A stretch of 63,181 nt of DNA, counting the filler, from Octopus bimaculoides (taxonomy: Eukaryota): NCBI RefSeq assembly GCF_001194135.2. It is 4 parts of 4 records of this genome, joined end to end, with 100 filler letters (N's around TTAATTAATTAA, not from the genome) between each part and the next. Parts side by side here need not be neighbours in the genome. Positions count along the whole stretch, not along the records: positions 1 to 22,512 come from NC_068988.1; 3 more parts are not named here. The stretch is one strand, 5' to 3'. Below the pieces are notes generated by a model. That model was not told the origin of the DNA and made no database searches. It worked only from the letters and a program-made list of their open reading frames with translations. Position 1 is the first letter of the stretch. Each line of letters opens with the position of its first letter. Positions 1 to 12,673 of this stretch are shown here, piece after piece. The position numbers were made by a program, and so were the translations under genes.

Positions 1-39
<39 letters not shown>

Positions 40-1759
40 CTGTTCCCCTAACTAGGACATGTAACCATATATTTAGAACTCTATTACCCTTCAATGTTCA
101 CCCATGGGATGTTACTTCATGTTATTGTGCATATAATCCTACAACAGTTTTGTTTGTTGATTAACTGTAATGCACCGGCAAGCTGGGAAGTGTTACAATG
201 GGTCATCTTGTTACTTTCCAGTCTACTGATGTATATTTTTAACTGATTGAACAAAACTGCATTTCAGGTGTACATATTACCTGTTTATCTCACACAGCAT
301 ATACTACTTTATATTATATTACACTTACAGTTAACTACTTATCCATTACTTCAATTTTTGTGATGGAATGGATGTCAAGCTATAAATGTTATATCAACAA
401 TCAACAAAGTAATGTTTCTAATATTAACCTTTTACTTGTCAGTACACAGTAGTAAGGAGGAATGTGTTGCAAACTTCCAAACAATCTACTTTTTATTGTT
501 TTGTCATGTTATGCCAGTTAGAGACTTGATCTTGTGATTGGCCTCTGACATTATCTACATCTTCACAAATAAAACTTATGTTGGTTTTGTATATATGTGG
601 TATTTCTCAAGGTGTGCATAGCAATGCAAGCTATGCCCAATGATTGACCATTTAATATTAAACTTGTCAAAACACCATTCTTTCAAATGCCATATGTAAC
701 TGGAAAAGGCTGAAGTGGTTTACTTTTCATCATTCATAAGCATGTATCTGTGAATCATGCAACAACTTTTGTAGCTGCATTCACTCTAACCAATGCCAGT
801 CACTCATACCAACACTCATACCAACACTCATATCACAGTTTATTCCTGTATTACTTTCCAAAGATTCAACTTTTGCTTCATTGATAATGACTTTTATTTT
901 GCATTTTCTGTGAAGAGAACAGGTCTGTTTAGTACTGCAATTACTTTAGAATTGGAATTCAATTGTAGGAATAAATGGTTCTGTGTCCTGGTAGAAGAAA
1001 AAAACTAACAAAAGCTATTATCTATGATACATCAAACATATCTACATGCCTAGACACTCACGAATTCATGCATGAACTTATAGACAGATAGGTAGATGCA
1101 TAGAGAGACACATAGCTAAATAGATAGATACACACACATACACATGTATGAAAGTATATAACTATCATTATCATTATCAGCATCACCATCAATATTCATC
1201 ATCATTATCATTTTGACATCCACTTTTCCATACTCGAATAAAACTACATTGGATCAGAGTTTTTATGACCAGGTACCCTTCTTAATGCCAACAATCGCCT
1301 GTTTCCAAGCACAGTAATTATCCCCTAGTCTCACAAACAATGAACAGCTTGGACAATGGTTACACTGAGAATGGGAAACAAACAACACTGTTTGAACGAG
1401 CCTTTTGTTTACAATCGGTAAATACACACGAAGGCCAAGGAAGATATAGACTCACTCAAACACTCAACAAAATCCACCTGACCCATGCAAGCATGGAAAA
1501 GTGGATGTTAAAGTGATGATGATAGTGTATGTGTATCATCATCAATCATCATCAACACATAATATCCATTTTCCATGCTGTGGCATGGATCGGATGGCTT
1601 GGAAGGAACTGACAAGGCCAAGGGCTGCACCAAGTTCCATTGTCTGTTTTGGTTCAGTTTCTATAGCTGGATGCCCTTTCTTAATGCCAACCACATTACA
1701 GAGTGTACTGGGTGCTTTTTATGTGGCACCTTGGCTTTAGGATAGATGCAGGCATGGAT

Positions 1760-1915
1760 GTTTGGTTATGAAGTTCATTTCCCTACTACATGGTTTCAGA
1801 TTCAGTCCCAGTCCCACTGCATGGAAACTGGGCCAAGTGTCTGTACTTCAGCCTCGGGCTAACCAAAGCTTTGTGACTGGATTTGGTTGACAAAGACTGA
1901 AAGAAACCCACTGTA
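1760..1915 (+). mobile_element. tRNA-derived SINE family B (head gtggttgtgtggtaag...ggttc.gtcccactg, core ccttgggcaagtgtctt)
   Basis: Matches copies at 6075-6225 (-), 17950-18050 (+), 28522-28622 (-), 32176-32273 (+), 42636-42785 (-) and 56708-56870 (+). Confidence 0.7.
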
Positions 1916-2470
1916 TGTATGCATGCATGCATATATATATATATACATACATACATACACACGCACACACACACACATATATACACACACACACAAGCAC
2001 ACAAATGTGTGTGTGTGTGTGTGTGTTTGTCTTGCCATCACAGGGTAGATATAATTGAGTGTCACCATTAGCCAAGTGAAGCTCCTTGCTTCCAGTCTTC
2101 CATTAAAGCATACCAAACAACCAAGAAATATTACCCAGCTGTGAAATATATAAGGATTGACTGACAGGAAGGGCAGTCTGTGGTTTTATCTGTGTAATCA
2201 CAGGGTCATCAAATAAATTAGGCTTGATGGCCATTTGAATGCACAGGCAAAATCCTAGAGTAGCAAAAGATTGACTTAACTAAAATTAAAATATTTAATA
2301 ATTCTACTTTGGCATTGAGTACCCTTTCTGCTAGCAGTCAATACTAAACACACCCATGCACGCACACATACACACACATGCATGCACACACACATGCGCA
2401 CACACACATGCGCACACACACACACACACACATGTCAACTGCACGTCACTATGGGTGTCAAGACACTTAA

Positions 2471-2644
2471 ATTGCTAGAAATAAGAGCTTAAATGCTCTA
2501 ATGCTGTTATAAAGCACGTAACATATATTCTGATAGGGGCTGCATTTGCCCTGAACACGAGCAATTTCAGCTCTTATCAGAAAATATGTTATGTTATGTA
2601 CTTTATAACGGCTTTGGACCATTTTAACTCTTATTTCTAACAAT
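2471..2644. mobile_element. Fold-back element / MITE (imperfect 174-bp palindrome)
   Basis: Left arm attgctagaaataagag...ttataaagcacgtaacata...tctgatag pairs with right arm ...tatcagaaaatatgtt...ctttataac...ctcttatttctaacaat. Confidence 0.7.
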
Positions 2645-2760
2645 GTAGGTGTCTTGATACCCTTAGGCAAGTTTAGTTGATGACTATAATTTTCCTTTAC
2701 AGTATAATAACATTGCAAGTAGCTGTTTTTATTAATTTATATTTATACATATACATATAC

Positions 2761-2815
<55 letters not shown>

Positions 2816-3579
2816 NNNNNNNNNNNNNNNNNNNNNNNNNNNNNNNNNNNNNNNNNNNNNNNNNNNNNNNNNNNNNNNNNNNNNNNNNNNNNNNNNNNNN
2901 NNNNNNNNNNNNNNNNNNNNNNNNNNNNNNNNNNNNNNNNNNNNNNNNNNNNNNNNNNNNNNNNNNNNNNNNNNNNNNNNNNNNNNNNNNNNNNNNNNNN
3001 NNNNNNNNNNNNNNNNNNNNNNNNNNNNNNNNNNNNNNNNNNNNNNNNNNNNNNNNNNNNNNNNNNNNNNNNNNNNNNNNNNNNNNNNNNNNNNNNNNNN
3101 NNNNNNNNNNNNNNNNNNNNNNNNNNNNNNNNNNNNNNNNNNNNNNNNNNNNNNNNNNNNNNNNNNNNNNNNNNNNNNNNNNNNNNNNNNNNNNNNNNNN
3201 NNNNNNNNNNNNNNNNNNNNNNNNNNNNNNNNNNNNNNNNNNNNNNNNNNNNNNNNNNNNNNNNNNNNNNNNNNNNNNNNNNNNNNNNNNNNNNNNNNNN
3301 NNNNNNNNNNNNNNNNNNNNNNNNNNNNNNNNNNNNNNNNNNNNNNNNNNNNNNNNNNNNNNNNNNNNNNNNNNNNNNNNNNNNNNNNNNNNNNNNNNNN
3401 NNNNNNNNNNNNNNNNNNNNNNNNNNNNNNNNNNNNNNNNNNNNNNNNNNNNNNNNNNNNNNNNNNNNNNNNNNNNNNNNNNNNNNNNNNNNNNNNNNNN
3501 NNNNNNNNNNNNNNNNNNNNNNNNNNNNNNNNNNNNNNNNNNNNNNNNNNNNNNNNNNNNNNNNNNNNNNNNNNNNNNN

Positions 3580-3915
3580 ATCATCATCATCATCATCATC
3601 GTTTAACGTCCGCTTTCCATGCTAGCATGGGTTGGACGATTTGACTGAGGACTGGTGAAACCAGATGGCAACACCAGCCTCCAATCTGGTTTGGCAGAGT
3701 TTCTACAGCTGGATGCCCTTCCTAACGCCAACCACTCAGAGAGTGTAGTGGGTGCTTTTACGTGTCACCCGCGCGAAGGCCAGTCAGGCGGTACTGGCAA
3801 TGGCCACGCTCAAAATGGTGTATTTTATGTGCCACCCACACAAGAGCCAGTCCAGGGGCACTGGCAATGATCTCGCTCGAAAATTCTACGAAGGCAAGTC
3901 AGGTGGTACTGGCAA
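3580..3915 (-). mobile_element. Short interspersed element family C with (GAT)n tail (appears as (CAT)n on +)
   Basis: (cat)n-cgtttaacgtccgctttccatgctagcatgggttggacg...ggatgcccttcctaacgccaacc. Related copies at about 1533-1735, 4560-4661 (opposite orientation), 6440-6625 and 20170-20310 (opposite orientation). Confidence 0.75.
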
Positions 3916-5313
3916 TATATATATATATATATAGATATGATGGAATGGATTCTGTTGAAGATGATGTATGAGCGTTCAGCTTTTGCTGAACGACCTGCAC
4001 AAATGATTTTGTTTATAGTGATCAAATGTTTGTGCCACATATTAGCTCACTGTCTCCATCAAATTGACGGTGTCTGAACAGGTGCATGGCGTACCATGTG
4101 TTAGGTGTCAAAGTGATCACAGAGTAACATGTAATGAAGTGTTTTGCTCAAGAATGCAATGCACTACCAGGTTTAGGAATTGAAATCACGATCTCATGAT
4201 CATGAGTGCAACACACTAACCACTACATATATATGCATATATATATATATATATATATANNNNNNNNNNNNNNNNNNNNNNNNNNNNNNNNNNNNNNNNN
4301 NNNNNNNNNNNNNNNNNNNNNNNNNNNNNNNNNNNNNNNNNNNNNNNNNNNNNNNNNNNNNNNNNNNNNNNNNNNNNNNNNNNNNNNNNNNNNNNNNNNN
4401 NNNNNNNNNNNNNNNNNNNNNNNNNNNNNNNNNNNNNNNNNNNNNNNNNNNNNNNNNNNNNNNNNNNNNNNNNNNNNNNNNNNNNNNNNNNNNNNNNNNN
4501 NNNNNNNNNNNNNNNNNNNNNNNNNNNNNNNNNNNNNNNNNNNNNNNNNNNNNNNNNNNATTTATATCATCACGAGCCTGGTGCAGCCTTCTGGCTTGTC
4601 AGTCCTCAGTCAAATCGTCCAACCCATGCTAGCATGGGAAGCGGACGTTAAACGACGATGATGATATATACATATATATATATACACACACAGAGAGAAA
4701 GAGAGAGAGAAGAAAGGAGAGAGAGGGAGGGAAAGAAGGGAGAGAGAGGGGGAAAGAGGGGAGAGAGAGAGAGAGAGAGAGAGAGAGCAGAAAAGAGGAG
4801 AAAAAAGAGAGAAGACAGCAGGAGAGGGACAGGAATCATTAGTGATTCAGAAGCTTAGAGTAATGAGTTCAATTCCAATTCCCTGTATAATGTAATTTTT
4901 ACAGCTGGAAGAATAATTAGATATAGATGGGCATGTGGTTACTGACTTCACCTAAGATACAGTACAGGAGGTTAAAGGTTTCTGTACTGACCTTCATAAA
5001 CCTAATGGTTTATGGTAGCTATGGTCATCTTCTACATTAACATAAATGTAATACATCAGGCTGGGTTGCGATCAGTGAATCTATGTGCTTTACTGTTTTC
5101 TGAGTTGATGAAAATATAAACCCCAAAAAGCAGCAGCTAGCAGTAGCAGCAACAACAGCAACAATAATGAAAACAAGTTTGAATCATCAGTATCAATAAA
5201 TAAAATAGATCTAAAGATTAAGAATCGATTGTTGGCATCTTCCCACGTAAACACTTAGTATTTCTAGCAAAGGAATGGGTTGTTGTATAAGATGCACCAT
5301 TTCACATGTATAC

Positions 5314-5365
<52 letters not shown>

Positions 5366-5715
5366 TGTATCCTATGATTCAAACTGTATGTACGTGTGTG
5401 TGTGTGTCTTATATGTCAGGTCATATGAGTTAAAAAGTACATTTTTTTATCATATGATATTTCAGTTAATTATGATATACAGACATCATAACTTCATGTT
5501 ATGTAAGACACCATGAAATGTAAGCCTTGTTCTGTGTCACAAGGCTCATCTTTCACAGTGGGGAGCTCTTAGGAGATAAACCTTGGAATGATCTACCAGA
5601 TGACCTGGTACCTATTATCATCAACAGTTAGGTGAACTGATGTAATGTAGAATAAAATGTTGTGACTCCCATATACTATGTTGAGGAATAAATCTCTTCC
5701 TGGATAAGACATATG

Positions 5716-5765
<50 letters not shown>

Positions 5766-6716
5766 TGTGTAATATTTTACCTTTAATGTCTACTTATGCA
5801 TGGTTCCATAGGTTAGACAATAGTATATTTGGGGCATTTTTGTATGACTAGATTATATTCTCAACACTAACCCCCAATGTTTTCCCAAATGAAGTAGTAA
5901 TCTCCCAGTCTATCAAACAACAAACAGCCTGGACATACTTTATGTAGGGAACTGCAAGCAGATGACATTATTAGCAAAGCCATTGTTTACAAACTGTCAA
6001 ATACATGTTGACTTGAGAAATACAAACTACTCCCTCTTGCTCTCTCACACACACACATACCCAAACATAAATACAATGGGCTTCTTTTATTTTCCATATA
6101 CCAAATCAACTCACAATGCTTTGGTCAGCCCAGGACTATAACAGAAAACACTTCTTGTCTAATGTGTCATGTAATGGGATTGAATACAAAATCTTGGTTT
6201 TGGGAAGCAAACTTGTTAACCACACAGTCATGCCTATTTTTAGCCAAATAAATTTTAGAAGGAAAAGGTTGACAGATACTTTGAAATTTTGACTATGTAG
6301 CTTTTACTGGTCAGTCCAATAAAAGTGAAACATTGAAGGAATTATCTAAGTATCCCTTGTAAAAAAATATAAATAAGTTACCCTACTGAAAAGTATTCAA
6401 CCTAAAATTTGACTGTTTTTATATATCATTAATATTTAATGTTCATTTTCCATACTGGCATGGGTTGGATGGCTTGATAGGAACTGGCAAGGCCAGGAGA
6501 CACACCAGGTTCCATAGTCTATTTTGGCTTGGTTTCTATGGCTAGATGCCCTTCCTAACACCAATCACTTTGCAGAGTGTACTGGATGCTTTTTATGTAG
6601 CACCATCACCAGTGCTTTTTACATGGTATATAACTATACTTAAAAACAAACATTTGTATACATACACATACGTTTTTTATAAATAGGGGAGCAGTTTTTT
6701 GCACAACTATATAATA

Positions 6717-6934
6717 TTGGTTTCAAATTTCAGCTCAAAGCCAGCAATTTCAGAGGTGGGACTAAGTTGAATAGATTGACCCCCAGTGTTCAAATGGTAC
6801 TTATTTTATTGATCCTGAAAGTATGAAAGGCAAAGTTGACCCTCGCAGAATTTGAATTCAGAACATGAAGAAGGATGAAATACCACAAAGCATTTGGCCA
6901 GGTACACTAATGATTCAGCTAGCTTGCTGCCTTA
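6717..6934 (-). mobile_element. tRNA-derived SINE family A, CpG-decayed copy
   Basis: Reverse complement of the family A consensus (box B GTTC(T)GAATTCAAATTC, ctttcatc..tttc.g.gtc.ataaa, gtacca). Confidence 0.7.
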
Positions 6935-7260
6935 TACAAATACATAATATTAAGGACATGACTAGGATGGTGATCTGGCAGAATCCTTAGGATGCCGCAT
7001 AACATATTTAGTGACATTTTGTCCATCTTTACATACTGAGCTTAAAAGGTGACCAATATGCCACAGTAGTTTATCGTTTATAGATGCCCATTGTTATCAT
7101 TGAGACAATTCCTTCTTGGAGGTATCAGTGCAAAAAAGCCACTGAGAATAGCTAATGAATGTACAGGACAATGACGGAAACAAACACGACAAACTAAAAT
7201 AAATATAATAATTATAACAAAAAAAAAATGTGCGTATCAGACAGACAAATATGAGTAATG

Positions 7261-7297
<37 letters not shown>

Positions 7298-7386
7298 CCT
7301 GAGATACAGTCACTTCTCTCAGTTACTGTCCCTCTTTCAGCTTAGCTGTACCTGTCTTGCAAGCCACTTGGCAACTCTGCAGGTAC

Positions 7387-7620
7387 TAGTGCCACATAAA
7401 AAGCACCCATTCTGGTGCCACATAAAAAACATCCATGTGGGTACCACATTAAAATCACCTGTGCTGGTGCCATGTAATAAGCACCCATGCTAGTGCCATG
7501 TAAAGAGCACCCATGCTGGTGCCATGTAAAGATCACCTGTGCTGGCACCACGTGAAAAGCACCCAGGTCAGCATTATGCAAAAAGCACCGATGGTGACAC
7601 CACTTAAAAAGCACCCAGCA
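7387..7620 (+). repeat. Degenerate minisatellite, unit about 26 bp (gtgctggtgccacgtaaaaagcaccc), about 9 units
   Basis: Repeated gtgcca(c/t)(a/g)taaaaagcaccc blocks are visible by eye. Confidence 0.8.
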
Positions 7621-7703
7621 CTATATTATGTACATATACATAATATAGTTATACATACATGCATACGTACATGCATACGTACATACATGCATACGTACAT
7701 ACA

Positions 7704-7738
<35 letters not shown>

Positions 7739-7764
7739 ATATATATATATATATATATACAGTA

Positions 7765-7827
7765 GTGGTGACAGTTATATTTTACAATTTACAATAGTTG
7801 TAAATTGTAAACTATAACTGTCACCAC
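7765..7827. repeat. Near-perfect 63-bp palindrome
   Basis: gtggtgacagttata-ttttacaatttacaa-tag-ttgtaaattgtaaa-ctataactgtcaccac. Confidence 0.85.
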
Positions 7828-8535
7828 CAGTATAGAATGAACATTTACTATTCTATCATTTCATCATATTATATTATCTTTTATTATTATAAGATTGTAA
7901 ATAAAACGTGAAAATCAGACAAAGTTGGAATTTCTTTGAGTAATATATATATGTAAGGCTTTAACTTTCATTATAGTAGTATCTATGGAAGATTGGTCGC
8001 AATTTAGCATATAATTTAGTCATTGCAGTTTATTATTAATACTGATACAATGTACATTGGTTTATATGTTTCTTTGTTGTAGTTTTATTAAAGTTAGTGT
8101 TTAATCCTGTCTATATATTGATTGATTGAAATAATGTGGTTATTAAGTTTTTACTTTTATATATTAAACTACGGAAGATAGTAGGGATTATAATTTTTGG
8201 ATGACTTAATAGAGTTGTCACTGTTTAGTTATGTATTTAGGAGTGGTTGTAATTTACTTATTGAATTTATTTATCGATACAGTTGTACATTGGGTAAATG
8301 TGTTTGAAAGTTGTGGTTTCTTTGGTTTGTTAGTTCCCAAACAACACTTATTTTAGTGCTGTTGACACCGCTGGATTGAACGGTACTGCCCAAGTGTCGA
8401 AACCATAATGATATCTGTGGGGCAGCTGAAGATGGAGGTATGTTGGTTTTTTAGTATGGCTGTTTTTGTATATGTGGAATAGTATTATTGGATTGTTGGT
8501 ATGGCTGTGGAATAGTATTATAACACATCCTTTTG

Positions 8536-8574
<39 letters not shown>

Positions 8575-8585
8575 TACATACATAT

Positions 8586-8981
8586 ATAAGCAAAATTTAG
8601 GTTAGTTAAAATATGATTGCGACATATTTCAACTGCTGGAAGGCAAATTCACTGCAGTTACGGTGGAAAAAAAGTTTCTCTTTTATGGTAAAAAGGTGTG
8701 AAAGCACTCGGTTCAGTGTTGGCATCCATCAGGAATTCCAGACATTGATGTTTCAAGTTTTTTAATCTTGTCAATGAGATGTACATAAGAGAGGCAACTC
8801 TGAACAAACTCGAAACATCGATATCTGGGATTCCTGATCGATGGTGACACTGAACAGACCAGGTGTTTTCACACCATTTACCATATGAGAGATATTTTCT
8901 TCTCAGTAACTGCAGTGAATTTGCCTTTTAGCAGTTGAAATTTGTCACAAGCTTATTTTGACTAACCTAAATTTTTCTTAT
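8586..8981. mobile_element. Fold-back element / MITE (about 395 bp, long imperfect arms)
   Basis: Termini ataagcaaaatttaggttagttaaaata / tattttgactaacctaaatttttcttat. Internal pairs include ggcaaattcactgcagttac / gtaactgcagtgaatttgcc and ggtgtgaaa / tttcacacc. Flanked by TA repeats. Confidence 0.8.
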
Positions 8982-9047
8982 GCCTAAACATTGCTTGGTG
9001 CTAACATTTCATATGTATATGTGTGTGTGTGTGTGTGTGTGTGCGTG

Positions 9048-9143
<96 letters not shown>

Positions 9144-10318
9144 TATATTTTTATATATATATGTATATCATATGGATATATTCTTTCACTGTTTTTCAGT
9201 TCTTGGACTATAGCCATGCCAGAGTGCTACGTTAAAGGGTCTAGTCATTAATATCAATCCTAATATTTATTTTCAGCCTGCTGCTTTATTTTATTGATCT
9301 CCGTTTAACAAATCCTTAAGTTTTGAGACAAAAGAAGACACAACATGTGCACAGCATAGGTTTTTATCTTGTGTAAAACCACAAACAGATAAAGACATGA
9401 ACACTGACACACAGAGGTCATAGTGGGTTGGTAAGTGAAGGTTTAAAACCAGCTAGGTAACCCTTTGATGTTTGTTTTTAGACACTTGTTTTTGATGTAA
9501 CCTGGAATGTTTACAAATTAAGTTAATGTGTTATAGGAAGTACTTGTTGGGTAATAAATGCTGGAAAAATACCTCAATGTTTTAATTTATGAATATTTTT
9601 CTCTAATCACATCATGCACACACACACAATTTGAAACAGAGATTAAAATGACACAAGTATCCATCATCTGTGGTGATGATAATAGATTATATGCTTTCAG
9701 ATATGATGTAGCTAGTCTTCCAACAAACATAATCTGATATAATCTGATTTAAAACCTTTACCTTACTTAATCTGTATTAGCTTTCTCTTTGATATTGATG
9801 TTATTTGCACAAAATTTCGAAATCAATAACTATATTATTGTCTTACACCATTTTGTTTACAGTGTTTTGCAGTAATTATCTTTATCCCCAACACTCTCTT
9901 TTTCATATCCATCTGTCTGTCTGTCTGTCCATTCCTCAGTATGTCAGTAGATATAAACATATATTGTATTTCATTGCTTATTGGTTAATTCTAAGATTTC
10001 AGGGTTGTCTCCCTTGCCTTATTTGACAGGAATTCGCTTTTTAGATAATGATTTATTCCCATCACTAAGTGTGTAATAAATAGTAAGCAATTAAAATCTC
10101 TTGGATTATTGCATCATATAGCTGTTACACACACACACATACAGCACACACATTAGAGTGCTACTTGGGACACTGTTACTGCAACACACAAACATCATAG
10201 ACCACATTAGTAAGCTCCTCTAATATTTGGGATTGTATTGCTGTTGCTATATTGAGTACTACTCACATATTTGGAATAGTGCAGCTGCTGGTATTCATAC
10301 AGACATTCTACCCACAGT

Positions 10319-10323
<5 letters not shown>

Positions 10324-10382
<59 letters not shown>
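10324..10382 (+). repeat. Pure poly(A) tract, 59 nt
   Basis: Direct count. Confidence 0.95.
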
Positions 10383-10385
<3 letters not shown>

Positions 10386-10725
10386 ATCTCTTTGATTGGT
10401 AAACCTTCATTCACCATCTATCTACATGCAGCAATGTGTTGGTTACTATAACAACCAACCATCCTTGCACACTGACACACTGTATTCTCTAATCTAATGT
10501 TGCTATGATGAATTTAACTTCTCTGCACTCCACCACTAACTAACCATGAACTACACAACAAATGGCAGGTACTACAACCGTTACACTCTTCCACTGTTAA
10601 CCCACTCAAGTGATATACCATTCTGCTACCATAGCTGCTTTTGAAGCTGTGTACTATTCCTACTCATGTGGACCTGATTCAGCTATCTTTCAACCATTTT
10701 CCATCTGTACTGTATCTTGCACCCT

Positions 10726-10920
10726 AAACCCTTTAGCATTCAGATTACGCTGTCAAATGTAATGATTATTTATTCAGATCCTTTTAAACTAATCACACAT
10801 TATCAAGTAGCTTCAAGATTTCAATTGTGTATTTGTGTATTTTTAGAATGACATTGTAGGGTAGGACAGGTACAATATTTGGGCTGGATATGGCTAGATT
10901 AAATGCTAAAGTGTTAAATT
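10726..10920 (+). mobile_element. MITE-like element with (T)TAACCCTTTAGCATT...AATGCTAAAG(G/T)GTTAA ends (piggyBac-like TTAA termini)
   Basis: Inverted ends ccctttagcatt / aatgctaaagtgttaa; a related copy lies in opposite orientation at about 17244-17465. Confidence 0.5.
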
Positions 10921-11052
10921 TCACAACAAACACTACACCTAATCCTGCTTCAGCTTTTTAAAACTCTCCCCCTCTTTTCAACATTATTCTTGGAGGCCCT
11001 AGCTTGTGGGAATTTCAACTGAATGTCAGTTGTAGTGACCTTCCCAGCTGTG

Positions 11053-11200
11053 GATGACATGTAAGGGCTGTGGGCACTGTACATTCTCCTAGGACTATAA
11101 TGTCATAAAACTATGAAAAAAAAAAAAATTCTGGTTGGGGATGACATGTAAGGGTTAGGGACACTGTACATTCTCCTAGGACTAATATGTGAAAAATCAA
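11053..11200 (+). repeat. Two-copy tandem repeat, unit about 90 bp
   Basis: gatgacatgtaaggg....gg.cactgtacattctcctaggacta occurs at 11053 and 11140. Confidence 0.85.
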
Positions 11201-11455
11201 AAAAAAAAGTAAAAGGACAAAGGAAACAGTATAACCTTATAACAAGGTGGGGTACTTTAACTAGAACAGTAGAGGTATACCCAGGGTACATGTGACTCAA
11301 GGTTAACAGATATCCAATGCTGTCTGATGGGTAAGCAGATAAGATATTAGACTAGCTGCACATGGCTCATCTGTTCAAATCTAACCCTAACCCTGACACT
11401 TTATCCAACATAACCTTGTGTATTTAGCACTTGGTTGGACTAGGTACAGTCATTA

Positions 11456-11600
11456 ACATAGCTAGGGCTGGTGGTGGTAGGGGCGGTCCGCCCTAGGCAG
11501 CACTTTTAGGTCTGCTGCAGGCAATATGTGCTTTTTGTGGGGTCTGGTGGTGGAAAACGGAAGGGCTGCCCCGGATGGCACACACTCTAGCTATGCTAGT
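11456..11600. mobile_element. Small GC-rich MITE-like element
   Basis: Short inverted ends catagctag / ctagctatg. A related element (cgtagctag...gccgcccc...gctactg) lies at about 60683-60840. Confidence 0.35.
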
Positions 11601-12637
11601 GGGTACAGTATCAGATCATATAGTAATAGAAAGAGCAGTACATTGGTGTCCAATAGAGGGAAAGATTTATGTCATAAAGGTAGAGTTGAAATAGGACTGA
11701 GATCTGAAAATAACCTTCACTTTCTCTGAAGCATTTAGATTTTCTATTTACAATGTGACTGCTTTGAACAACCTGAAGAAAAGTTATACCCAATCTGTAC
11801 ACATTCCCTTGATTACCACGTGCTATTAGCCTATATAAAAACTATTTCCTCTTGCCTACAATAAAGCAAGAATTGTGAATGCCTATATCACATTCAAGAT
11901 GTTGCTTACTCAATTAAGTTTGCAATTACGGTTGCATCTGTAAGTAGTAAGATGGCATCACGTTACTAGTGAAAATCTGTCAGGGCTAAAAATACGCAAG
12001 ATTAGCTTCGTTTATTTTATTCATTGTTGTTGTTGTTGTTATTAGGCCTTGTGCCTTTAGCAGAAAGGATTATTATTATTATTATTATTACTGAATGAGA
12101 GAGCAGTGCATGCCATCAAATTGACACTGGGGTACAAATATACAAAGCTCAATAGACCCATCATGACTACCTGTCTGATAAGGGTACACCAGGCACATGC
12201 ATCACAACCATATATACAACATGGTGATCTCATATCATGATAAATAGTGCATGATCTTGCAGATGGGGCCAAGTTAGAATTTTCTTCATGTCAAGTAGCC
12301 CCTCCCACTCAAAAGAACCCTGAATAAGGTTTGTTTAAAGATGATGAACAAAACATTCTTGTGTCCAGAGGTGAATTATTCAAACCCCAAAGAATGGTGC
12401 TCCCCAACTACTTCTGCTTGTGATCAGAGATGCACATATTGTCAGCTATTAAGCGACATATTCAACTGGTTAGGATCAAGCAACTGACTAGAAAATCTGT
12501 GGTATGGAGCAGAATATTTTCTGTAGCCCATCTTTTAAATCAAGACAAAATATATACATGATAACACTTACAATCAGTTAAGATCAGAAGCCATGAGAGC
12601 CACTGCCTAAAACTGTATCAGGGCTATCATTATTATT

Positions 12638-12673
<36 letters not shown>

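Noticed and set aside
7387-7620. Regularly spaced repeats resembling a CRISPR array
   Set aside because: The units are contiguous and degenerate with no unique spacers, the context is eukaryotic, and there are no cas genes.
7830-8530. Strand-biased segment with FRHLGS (YLG-like) on the minus strand, as a LINE RT remnant
   Set aside because: Only one weak motif; not enough to assign a family. The same applies to FLYVDLK in 48640-49320.
11380-11396. ctaaccctaaccct telomere-like motif
   Set aside because: Only about two units; too short to call an interstitial telomeric sequence.
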